The notes under the pieces were generated by a model. That model was not told where the DNA came from, did not search any database, and saw only the letters and a program-made list of their open reading frames with translations. This document shows, piece after piece, positions 9,301 through 15,819 of a stretch of DNA of 24,623 nucleotides (within the stretch, counting starts at the first letter, position 1; each line of letters begins with the position of its first letter). The stretch comes from a bacterium (GTDB lineage Bacteria; Zhuqueibacterota; Zhuqueibacteria; Zhuqueibacterales; Zhuqueibacteraceae), in assembly GCA_044869275.1 (NCBI GenBank), contig JBIOXB010000104.1, positions 1-24,623 of the forward strand, in the 5' to 3' direction. A program made the translations under genes and the position numbers.

Positions 9301-10060
9301 CCGTCATGCCGGGCTTGGGTTCGTCTTTGGACCGAGGCACATCCTTGATCGGATGAAAGACCCGTTTTTTGAAGACCTTGCCTTCTTGCGAATAGCTGGT
9401 CTCCAAGCTGATCTCCCCTTCTTTGACGAGCCAGAGGCTGCAAAGCTCCGCCTCCAAAATCTCCGTGGTCTTTTCGACGATATGATCCAGTTTTTCCGAT
9501 AGCGATTTATTTTCAAACTCGGCCAGCAACACGTTGTTGGCTTGCGAGAGCAAGCCCAGCTTTTTGATCATGCGATCGCTATCGGCAAGCTTCTGTTCTT
9601 TGTCGGCGAGTTTTTGCGATTTGCGCATCGCCAGGGAGCACAGCCCGGCTGCGGATTCCGCGACGCCCAAATCCCCAGCTTGAAATCGGGCGTCGCCCTG
9701 TAGTTCCAGCACCAACAGTCCGAGCGGTTTGCCATTGGGCTTGGGGAGAGGAACGATCATTTGGGAGGAGGAATGCTTCACGCCATTATTTCCCTTGGTG
9801 GGAAACAGCCGGTCTTGTGTGACGAAGCCGCCGGCCTCGGTGTGATTTTCGAACAATCGCTGCAGCCGCACCGGCGTTTCTGGCAACGGGATACTGCACT
9901 TGTTATTGCCAAAACAGGAACAATTTTCGCCGAAACTGCACTCCAGCCGGTCCTGCGCCGAGTCATAAAGCAGCAAACAAGCGCGGCTGGCTTTGGTAAT
10001 TTTAACGGCCTCTGTGACAATCTCCCCGACTAGGTGATCGTCCATTCGCGCGTTATTCAT
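6344..10060 (-). CDS. Cytoplasmic sensor histidine kinase GAF-GAF-PAS-GAF-GAF-GAF-HisKA-HATPase
   Basis: SD GGAGGT before ATG; PAS IVESTPDPVVMCD...MNQGA...GIAKD; five GAF-like units; H-box TAHEFRAPL; NNLIDNAIKYS; DRGLGI; GTGLGL. Confidence 0.94.
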   Translation of the reverse strand: MNNARMDDHLVGEIVTEAVKITKASRACLLLYDSAQDRLECSFGENCSCFGNNKCSIPLPETPVRLQRLFENHTEAGGFVTQDRLFPTKGNNGVKHSSSQMIVPLPKPNGKPLGLLVLELQGDARFQAGDLGVAESAAGLCSLAMRKSQKLADKEQKLADSDRMIKKLGLLSQANNVLLAEFENKSLSEKLDHIVEKTTEILEAELCSLWLVKEGEISLETSYSQEGKVFKKRVFHPIKDVPRSKDEPKPGMTGYIAFRKEIFNIYGKALDEHPARNPENPVDFLDSQKVYSELAHPMLDGDNLIGLLLAYNKLGPDGQPIQNAGFSKELDEPLMKVLAAKLVISIKNAHLLKTLKDYQLIVESTPDPVVMCDNDGWIRYMNQGAKNLFGDFVGCHVTERYPSDENSTGKDKARDILRQVRRRKDKRLKNYETTFTDKEGEPIPISLSVSLLHNEHGQETGTIGIAKDQREIRALLDAGRSLVETHNIDDILEQITKLCLRLPNSVRAYFKLYDDKKDVLVFKALNSRLPDEKEFPVAFTPKEKGVTGYVFQIQRPMLYNDVPALPIDRYNAIFQNVRSKLIVPVTYIEKETGNIKKRGVISVDSEELKAFSNNDLYFLTTLANHAAVALENAHLIASKNDIITRLRAIDMVQQAATGKDPVEDQILESILNAVVDILGFEYATISIVDPAKRAIGTIKGRGVPEEFLRAAWHSLDSKDIQAWVARHKQPEYLTGWDKRLDQDIFEKFGHKRWVRTIIPIFARGEVLGTLETGHDKAHKSEIASDEIETLQRIVNLAGIGIEQANLLNQMKQELALRNELEMQLDALNQASIEILNAATEKEAIERIFGSLLSIGYAKGMLSLVNEATSTIEGRHAIGENWKAIVHRTHCELKSKDILAQALRTKSPIWVKDCETDARCDTELIHRAGIKSQYVIPLIAKDKAIGTLQIDLTDHSELVHGDEIVLGKRMKVVETFAQQVAIAIRNIRDLIKIDRLESNIAETAHEFRAPLHNIMTQVGGLKFRLEQSRLDKEIDQYVGAIEEEIMRAKRHMDNTLLLSDRTREKLEYVFKAGYLQDLIDACISVYNFRALERGLRFTVKDGVKRLPRIEFDRDRMEQAINNLIDNAIKYSHYNRLIIINGYDDGTNLNFEITDRGLGIPAHELETIFKGFSRGDARDKMRYIPGTGLGLKICREIILKHGGEVKVKSEPATKNPQKIREYQDYWTTFRVILPKHRREK

Positions 10061-10274
10061 GGACCACCTCCTTCTCTCTTCCCTGCTTGCTTAGACTACC
10101 AAAGCTTGCTTTATTGGGCCTCCGCCATTATCAGAAAAATTTCCCTCACTTTCTGCAAATCCTCTTCCGCAAAATTTGGGTTTGGCGATTAAAATTCTAA
10201 TGTGATCGATCGACAATAGAGTAGTTCACGTAAACGGCTAATATGGCCTGTTCTGCGAGACAAAGGAAACGCTG

Positions 10275-10859
10275 ATGGACGCCAGCAAAAAGTGGGTGGG
10301 CGAACGTATCGTGACGATAGGTGGCACTTTCGATGAGCTCCACCGCGGCCATAAGGAATACATCCGCCTGGCGTTTGAATTCGCAACGCGGGTGATTATC
10401 TATGTCAATTCCAATCAATTTAATTCCGACCAATTCACCAACGGCAAAAAAAAATATCTGGCCCATCCGTATGCTCACAGATTGGAAAAGCTCAGAGAAT
10501 TTTTGCAGGAAATAGAACAAGAAATGGAAGAAGAGAATGCTCTGCATAGGAAGTATTGTCAAATTAAAGAACTGAATCATGTGGATGATGTGAAGAAGGA
10601 TTATTTGGAAAACCCGGAACTCCAAGAAGTTTACATGGCCATCGTTTCACCGGAATACTATCATAGTTTTGTCGAGTTGAATCGCGCGCGCGCGGCGCGC
10701 GGCCTCCCCAGTTTCTTGATTTTGGTCAAGCATAGAACCCGCGATTTACAGCAAGACATATCTTCCACGCTCATTCGCGAAGTTCTCCATTGTCCCACGG
10801 CTGACCACATCCCACCCGCCTCAGAGACGGCAGCGCAGGAAGAAATATTGTATTTCTGA
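10275..10859 (+). CDS. HIGH-superfamily nucleotidyltransferase resembling archaeal/eukaryotic-type phosphopantetheine adenylyltransferase
   Basis: GGTFDELHRGH (HxGH), PYAHRLEKLREFL, AIVSPE, NRARAARGL, ISSTLIR; AAGGA upstream of ATG. Confidence 0.85.
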   Translation: MDASKKWVGERIVTIGGTFDELHRGHKEYIRLAFEFATRVIIYVNSNQFNSDQFTNGKKKYLAHPYAHRLEKLREFLQEIEQEMEEENALHRKYCQIKELNHVDDVKKDYLENPELQEVYMAIVSPEYYHSFVELNRARAARGLPSFLILVKHRTRDLQQDISSTLIREVLHCPTADHIPPASETAAQEEILYF

Positions 10860-10875
10860 CTTGTTTAGTCACCCA

Positions 10876-10891
10876 TACGAAATTCGTGCCA
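10876..10891 (-). promoter_or_regulatory. Candidate sigma-54 promoter with variant -12 element, facing left
   Basis: Minus strand TGGCACGAATTTCGTA: perfect -24 box TGGCACG, GG-N10-GT instead of GG-N10-GC; IHF consensus just upstream. Confidence 0.45.
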
Positions 10892-10906
10892 CAGTTTTTG
10901 GAAAAC

Positions 10907-10919
10907 TAAGCACTTGATT
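10907..10919 (-). promoter_or_regulatory. IHF binding site consensus
   Basis: Minus strand AATCAAGTGCTTA matches WATCAANNNNTTR exactly. Confidence 0.55.
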
Positions 10920-11299
10920 TTGTGTGTTTGAAGACTAACCCCAAGACCCAAGTCGTTGGTTTTTTCCAACATAGATCCCTTTTGTGTTGTAATAAGCCAA
11001 CACATCGGTTTTATGCCGGGGTTACGACGGACAAGCGGCCAGATGACGCTTTTTCCCTACACCTCCATTAATTTTGCAACACTCACTTTTTCCCCTGCAT
11101 ATTTCTTAGTGAATCTGTATTGGAATGTCAAGTTCTCTCATACCAGCCACGGCCTCGTAATTTTTGAGGGCTAGCGGTTGCGTAGATTTTCATAAGATCT
11201 TGTTTCTCTGGAGTGAGTGCGGGATCGAAAATAATTGCTGCTTTCGAAGCCCTCATACTGCGACTTCAGAAATCTGCTCGGTTAAGCAAACGCATTTTC

Positions 11300-11314
11300 T
11301 GGTACGCTGCTTGC
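11300..11314 (+). promoter_or_regulatory. Sigma-54 (-24/-12) promoter
   Basis: TGGTACG-CTGC-TTGC versus consensus TGGCACG-N4-TTGC: one mismatch, correct GG-N10-GC spacing, intergenic, just upstream of an ORF. Confidence 0.75.
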
Positions 11315-11331
11315 GTTGTGATGTAACAAAA

Positions 11332-11682
11332 ATGCAACTCGTCTCATCAGCACAAAAACAGAAAATGCGCGATTCTTTGACAAGGAGCTTCTGGAAATTC
11401 TTGGACGACCGCCTGCCAGCTCTGCGCCACTCGACCCAGGAGTTGAAGGTCTGGCTCATGGAATACGCTTTTTCCAGTTTGCTTCGCTCCACGTGGGCCG
11501 ATTCTGTGATCAAACAAACGCAGCACCTGTTCGTGAGCAGCTTGTTGCTGCAACTGCGAGATCTGGAAGATTTCTTCGGCCTGTTGCAAGCCTTTTCTCC
11601 CTCGCTGATGTATGTGTGTATGCAGGCGGCGGTCATAGTGTTAAAGTATTTGAAGAAAGTGCGCGTCACGCCCTCTGCCTAA
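11332..11682 (+). CDS. Hypothetical small helical protein (start 11332 or 11365)
   Basis: 3' part of ORF 11164..11682 directly downstream of the sigma-54 motif; amphipathic helical composition; no clear SD and no recognised family. Confidence 0.5.
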   Translation: MQLVSSAQKQKMRDSLTRSFWKFLDDRLPALRHSTQELKVWLMEYAFSSLLRSTWADSVIKQTQHLFVSSLLLQLRDLEDFFGLLQAFSPSLMYVCMQAAVIVLKYLKKVRVTPSA

Positions 11683-11796
11683 GTCTTGACCGATTGAAAC
11701 GGGTTCCGCAATTCTGTCTCGCTGGTGTACAACTGGGTTGCCCGGTGGCGAAAAACCTGGGCGGGAATCTCATGCTCCAATCTGGGAGGTAATTTC

Positions 11797-12201
11797 ATGA
11801 TTTTCGGTTTGCTTTCATGGCATTTACATGGCGAAGGCAAGCAGCTTTTGACTGCCCGAATAAAATCCCGAGACGGCTCCGTCGTGCGCGCGCAGCTCGC
11901 AAATGTGCCGCTCACCTTCAAAACGGCTTTTGGCGAGACGCGCATCTTCCTCAGCCGCATGCGCCGCATGGAAAATGTAGCTCATCTGGATACGTTGAAA
12001 GATGTGGCTAAGCTGCACCGGTTTCGCATCTTTTGTACGGATGGCGACGAACTGTTGGGCTTTCCGCTCTCGCCCGGTCGCATTCCGGTGGCCATTGCGG
12101 ATGCGGTGCCTGCGTGGAACCTAATGCGCTTGGGCGATATTCTCTCGCTTGAAATTTTGTCGCCGGAGTCTTTTGCAGTGCCGGAACATGCCTTGAATTA
12201 G
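11797..12201 (+). CDS. Hypothetical beta-rich protein, 134 aa
   Basis: Strong SD GGGAGGT 6 nt before ATG 11797, in frame with ORF 11725..12201; followed by a 12-bp hairpin. Confidence 0.72.
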   Translation: MIFGLLSWHLHGEGKQLLTARIKSRDGSVVRAQLANVPLTFKTAFGETRIFLSRMRRMENVAHLDTLKDVAKLHRFRIFCTDGDELLGFPLSPGRIPVAIADAVPAWNLMRLGDILSLEILSPESFAVPEHALN

Positions 12202-12241
12202 GCGAAGAATTGTGGAAATCGGGCGGATGGAGCGTAGCGCC

Positions 12242-12271
12242 GGACGGCTGAATTGGGGCATTCAGCCGTCC
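12242..12271. repeat. Perfect 12-bp hairpin (REP-like or terminator)
   Basis: GGACGGCTGAAT-tggggc-ATTCAGCCGTCC. Confidence 0.75.
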
Positions 12272-12292
12272 ATAGGGATGGTCTGTCTCGCC

Positions 12293-12324
12293 AAAAACAA
12301 AAAGACCGGCAGAATTTGCCGGTC
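12293..12324 (-). terminator. Intrinsic terminator for the desaturase gene
   Basis: 8-bp stem GACCGGCA/TGCCGGTC (12304-12324) followed on the minus strand by TTTTTGTTTTT. Confidence 0.75.
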
Positions 12325-12364
12325 GCAAGAATTGGCTAACGGAATTGGAGCTCTGTGGAAGGAC

Positions 12365-12388
12365 CAAATCCCCTCCTCCGGGGATTTG
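12365..12388. repeat. 9-bp hairpin
   Basis: CAAATCCCC-tcctcc-GGGGATTTG between convergent genes. Confidence 0.6.
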
Positions 12389-12453
12389 ATCGCGTGAAAG
12401 GCAGCGAGCGCTAAAGATTTTTTTTGATAGGCCTCAGCGGCTAACTTATCACC

Positions 12454-13557
12454 TCATGCATGAACCGTTGCCGCTTGTGCTTCCGGAATTTGATCCTGCC
12501 GGCCCAACGTTTTCAAAAAGCGATAATGCGCGGCAATGGCGGCGCGCACCGTGGGGTACGAAACATATTTGATGCCGAACTCTTCGCAAGCTCTTTTGAC
12601 GATCTTGCTGATTTCCGGATAATGTATATGGCAGACACGCGGAAACAAATGGTGTTCGATCTGAAAATTCAAGCCGCCAAAATACCAGGCTGCCAGTTTG
12701 TTTTTGGGCGCAAAGTTCGCCGTGGTTTCCACTTCGTGAATCGCCCATTCGTTTTCGATCGTGGCCGAGGCCGGATCCGGCTTGGGGAAGGTGTTGCCTT
12801 CCACGACGTGCGCCAATTGGAACGTGAGCGCCAGCGTCAAGCCCAGCACGACGTGCATCAGTACGAAAAATGCGAGCACGTGCAGCACGGGATGGAAGAA
12901 CATCGGCAGCACTAGCATGTAGCCGAAGTAGAAGATCTTGGTCAAAAAGAACAGCGTGGCTTCGCCCGCGGAGAGCTTGGGCATTTTATAATCGCCGATG
13001 CGGCCGGTGAAAAATTTGCGAAAATCGCCGACGTGAATCCACAACAAGGTCATCAAGGTATAGGCGGGGAAAGCATAAAGCTGTTGAAAGCGGTGCCAGG
13101 GCCGCCGCGGCTGTTCCGGGCTGAAACGCATAATGCCATCCATATGAATGTCTTCGTCCAGCTCGTTGATATTGGTATAGGTGTGATGTAGAATGTTGTG
13201 CTTGTGCCGCCAAAACCAATAACTGCCGCCGATCAAATTAAGCGTGAATCCCATAATCCAGTTGACTTTCTTGCTGCGCGAATATCCGCCATGATTGCCA
13301 TCGTGCATGATGTTGAATCCCACCAGAGCACTGGCTTGCGCCACCGCCACCGCGCTGATGATTGCCATGATCAATGAAGAAGTTGCGAAGACCAGCAAGA
13401 AGTAAGAAGTCGCCAGCCACAGCAAAATAACCGCCGTCTTGACATACATGCGCCAATTGGCGTGGGGAGAAAGCTTGTTCTCCTCAAAATATTCCTGCAC
13501 CTGTTTTTTAACTTCTTCGTAAAAGCCGAGGTGGGAGGTGAACGTAATCTTTTGCAT
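12454..13557 (-). CDS. Membrane fatty acid desaturase (delta-6-like / acyl-CoA desaturase, no cytochrome b5 domain)
   Basis: His boxes HDGNH, HKHNILHH and QIEHH; hydrophobic segments; SD GAGGAG. Confidence 0.95.
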   Translation of the reverse strand: MQKITFTSHLGFYEEVKKQVQEYFEENKLSPHANWRMYVKTAVILLWLATSYFLLVFATSSLIMAIISAVAVAQASALVGFNIMHDGNHGGYSRSKKVNWIMGFTLNLIGGSYWFWRHKHNILHHTYTNINELDEDIHMDGIMRFSPEQPRRPWHRFQQLYAFPAYTLMTLLWIHVGDFRKFFTGRIGDYKMPKLSAGEATLFFLTKIFYFGYMLVLPMFFHPVLHVLAFFVLMHVVLGLTLALTFQLAHVVEGNTFPKPDPASATIENEWAIHEVETTANFAPKNKLAAWYFGGLNFQIEHHLFPRVCHIHYPEISKIVKRACEEFGIKYVSYPTVRAAIAAHYRFLKTLGRQDQIPEAQAATVHA

Positions 13558-13608
13558 GCTTTGCTCCTCGATTTTGTGAATGGATTTGGTAGTGGACGCG
13601 CAAAAACT

Positions 13609-13646
13609 TAAATTGTTAATTTAGAGCAAAAATGGAAAAAAAACAA
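13609..13646 (-). promoter_or_regulatory. Possible sigma-70 promoter of the desaturase with overlapping AT-rich palindrome
   Basis: Minus strand TTGTTT-N17-TAAATT; inverted repeat TAAATT-gtt-AATTTA at 13609-13623. Confidence 0.35.
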
Positions 13647-13793
13647 GTGCTAAATTCGACTTGCCGGTTACCCCGGATTCGTTAAACGTTCGGAGCGCAG
13701 CGGCTTCTCATTAGTAAGCAAGATAAAATGGAGTACCATATGAGAAACATTCATGATTCTGTTCACTTACGCCTCCTGTCCATGCACCGTTCC

Positions 13794-14345
13794 ATGAAAA
13801 CTGTCTTCAGGTTGTCGCTGTCCGCTTTTATTTCCCCTCTCGTGGTATTGCCCGCGCAAGTAAATAATGTCCCTGCCGATTCTTCCTGGCGCATCGTGTT
13901 GATTCGCCCTGACGAGGCGGGCGAGCCGATGGTTGTTACGGGAACCGTGTTCGCGGCGGATGGCAGGACGCCAGTGGCGGGGGTTGAGGTGCACGTTTAT
14001 CACACCGACGCGGAAGGCTATTATCGCAAGGGCAACAACGACTCCTCGCATCCGCGCCTCCAGGGCACGATGATGACGAACGCCGCAGGAAAATATGAAT
14101 ACCGCACGATCCGGCCGGGGCCCTACCCCGGCGGTGGAAATCCGGCACATGTGCATTATGAGATTTCTCGCGCGGGTCATGGACGGCAATACGACGAGCT
14201 GCAATTCGAGGGCGATCCGATCTTGGGCCAGGCCGGGCGTTTGACTGGCGCACAAAAGGCTAATGCTTTCGCCGAGGTCCGCCCGATCTCGCGAGATGAC
14301 AAGGGGGTGTGGCGCGTGGTGAAGGACATTCGCCTGAAGGAATAG
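13794..14345 (+). CDS. Intradiol ring-cleavage dioxygenase-like protein (protocatechuate 3,4-dioxygenase fold), probably exported
   Basis: GEPMVVTGTV..DG.TPV, YHTDAEGYY, YRTIRPGPY, PAHVH. Start uncertain (13728-13794); MKTVFRLSLSAFISPLVVLPAQ resembles a signal peptide. Confidence 0.85.
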   Translation: MKTVFRLSLSAFISPLVVLPAQVNNVPADSSWRIVLIRPDEAGEPMVVTGTVFAADGRTPVAGVEVHVYHTDAEGYYRKGNNDSSHPRLQGTMMTNAAGKYEYRTIRPGPYPGGGNPAHVHYEISRAGHGRQYDELQFEGDPILGQAGRLTGAQKANAFAEVRPISRDDKGVWRVVKDIRLKE

Positions 14346-14427
14346 CACGTAATGGCTGGCATGACACGCGCATGCAAAAGGTGGGCACAAGCAAGGAGTG
14401 GGAAGAGCTGGCGGGTGAGGGCAAAAT

Positions 14428-14454
14428 TGCGACGCACCGTGAGGGTGCGTCGCA
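14428..14454. repeat. Perfect 11-bp palindrome (REP-like) between convergent genes
   Basis: TGCGACGCACC-gtgag-GGTGCGTCGCA; no U-tract. Confidence 0.75.
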
Positions 14455-14468
14455 CATGCGCATCATGA

Positions 14469-15737
14469 TTATTGCTGCGCCAGCTTGCGGATCGAAATGT
14501 TGCCCGCGCTGGTTTTCAGCGTAATGGGGTCGCCGCCGCCATTGAGGTCGCCCTCGCCGCGAATGTACTGGCCTCCACGCCGCTCGCCTTCGCCGCGCTC
14601 GATTTTGAGCGGGAAATCCGAGGAAATATCGTAGCGCTCGCCCCAGCCCCAGCGCTCTTCCAAATATATCTCCGCATAAATTCTCGCCGGCAGCTTTTCT
14701 GGAATCACCAGCTCGATGTCGCCGCCACTGCTGCTAAGTGTGAGGCTATGCGGTTTTTTGAAATCCACGAGCGTCATTTCAACTTCGACGTTGCCACCCG
14801 AGGTCGAGCCATTGAAGCTCGCCATTAATTCGCGCACGATCACATCGCCGCCGGAGGTGGATAGGCGGCTGGGCGCGTGCAGGCGCTCGGCGCGAATGTC
14901 TCCGCCCGAGGTGCTGCCCTCCAGCTCTCCCTTGATGTCGCGCAGCACCAAGTCGCCGCCGGAGGTGGCAACCGCCACACGGCCGCGGGTGTTTTCGACG
15001 TCGACATTGCCGCCGGAGGTACGGGCATTGACGTTGCCTTCCACATCGATGATTTCAATGTCGCCGCCGCTGGTGCTCAGATCGACGGATTTGCTCGCCA
15101 CGCGCAAGGTGATGTTGCCGCCGGAGGTTTTGGCATCCAACGTGCCCTTAATGCGCTCGAGGTCCAAATTTCCCCCCGAAGTCTTGGTCACAATGTCGCC
15201 CTCGGCGTCGCGCACGGTCACGTTGCCGCCGGAGGTGCTCGCGCGCACCGTGCCGCCGGTTTCGATCAGGTCAATGTCGCCGCCCGAGGTGCGCAATGTG
15301 GTTGCTCCCTTGACGCGATAAACCGACACATTTCCACCGCTGGTGTTGAGGTCCAGGCCGAAAGTCGCGGGCACGTTCACTTTGAAATGTGAATCCACCG
15401 AACGGCGGGAACGGTCACGGCCTTCAACGATAATGCGATTGCCGCTTTGCGAATAGGAAGCTTCGCTCGCGTCCCGCACGTGCCGCGCCTCTTCTTCGGT
15501 GAAAACTTCCATGCGCAACGATTCAACAATTTCCACGCTATTTTGCGGCCACGCTTGCACCGTGATATCGCCGCTGACGTTGCGCATTTCCAGCACGCCC
15601 TCGGCCCCGGCGGGAAAGGTCTTTTTGATTTCGGCGACGTACCACCGGCCTTCGCGCTTGATTTCCTGCGCACGCACGCCCGCACTGGATATAAACCATA
15701 CACCGATCAGAAATTTGAAAAAAGCGGACTTGCACAT
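14469..15737 (-). CDS. Secreted DUF4097-family beta-strand repeat protein
   Basis: Eleven TSGG(D/N) repeats at 18-aa period; signal-like N-terminus MCKSAFFKFLIGVWFISSAGVRA-QE; GGAG upstream of ATG 15737. Confidence 0.88.
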   Translation of the reverse strand: MCKSAFFKFLIGVWFISSAGVRAQEIKREGRWYVAEIKKTFPAGAEGVLEMRNVSGDITVQAWPQNSVEIVESLRMEVFTEEEARHVRDASEASYSQSGNRIIVEGRDRSRRSVDSHFKVNVPATFGLDLNTSGGNVSVYRVKGATTLRTSGGDIDLIETGGTVRASTSGGNVTVRDAEGDIVTKTSGGNLDLERIKGTLDAKTSGGNITLRVASKSVDLSTSGGDIEIIDVEGNVNARTSGGNVDVENTRGRVAVATSGGDLVLRDIKGELEGSTSGGDIRAERLHAPSRLSTSGGDVIVRELMASFNGSTSGGNVEVEMTLVDFKKPHSLTLSSSGGDIELVIPEKLPARIYAEIYLEERWGWGERYDISSDFPLKIERGEGERRGGQYIRGEGDLNGGGDPITLKTSAGNISIRKLAQQ

Positions 15738-15819
15738 AATTGGGCTCCGATTATAAGATGAGTTTTCAGAAATCGCTTGCAGCTCGTTCTCGAACTCTGA
15801 GGGATGAACGCAAGGGAAT

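Noticed and set aside
10127..10158. Sigma-70 promoter TTGCAG...GATAAT for the kinase operon
   Set aside because: Spacer is 20 nt, too long to support.
10197..10625. 142-aa hydrophobic minus-strand ORF
   Set aside because: Antisense to the motif-rich nucleotidyltransferase; hydrophobicity mirrors the A-rich sense strand. Revisit only if the left-facing promoter is confirmed.
11253..11669. 138-aa minus-strand ORF
   Set aside because: No SD or motifs; the plus-strand ORF has promoter support.
14780..15345. 54-nt periodic repeats as a CRISPR array
   Set aside because: They are degenerate codons of the TSGG protein repeat, with no cas genes in the window.
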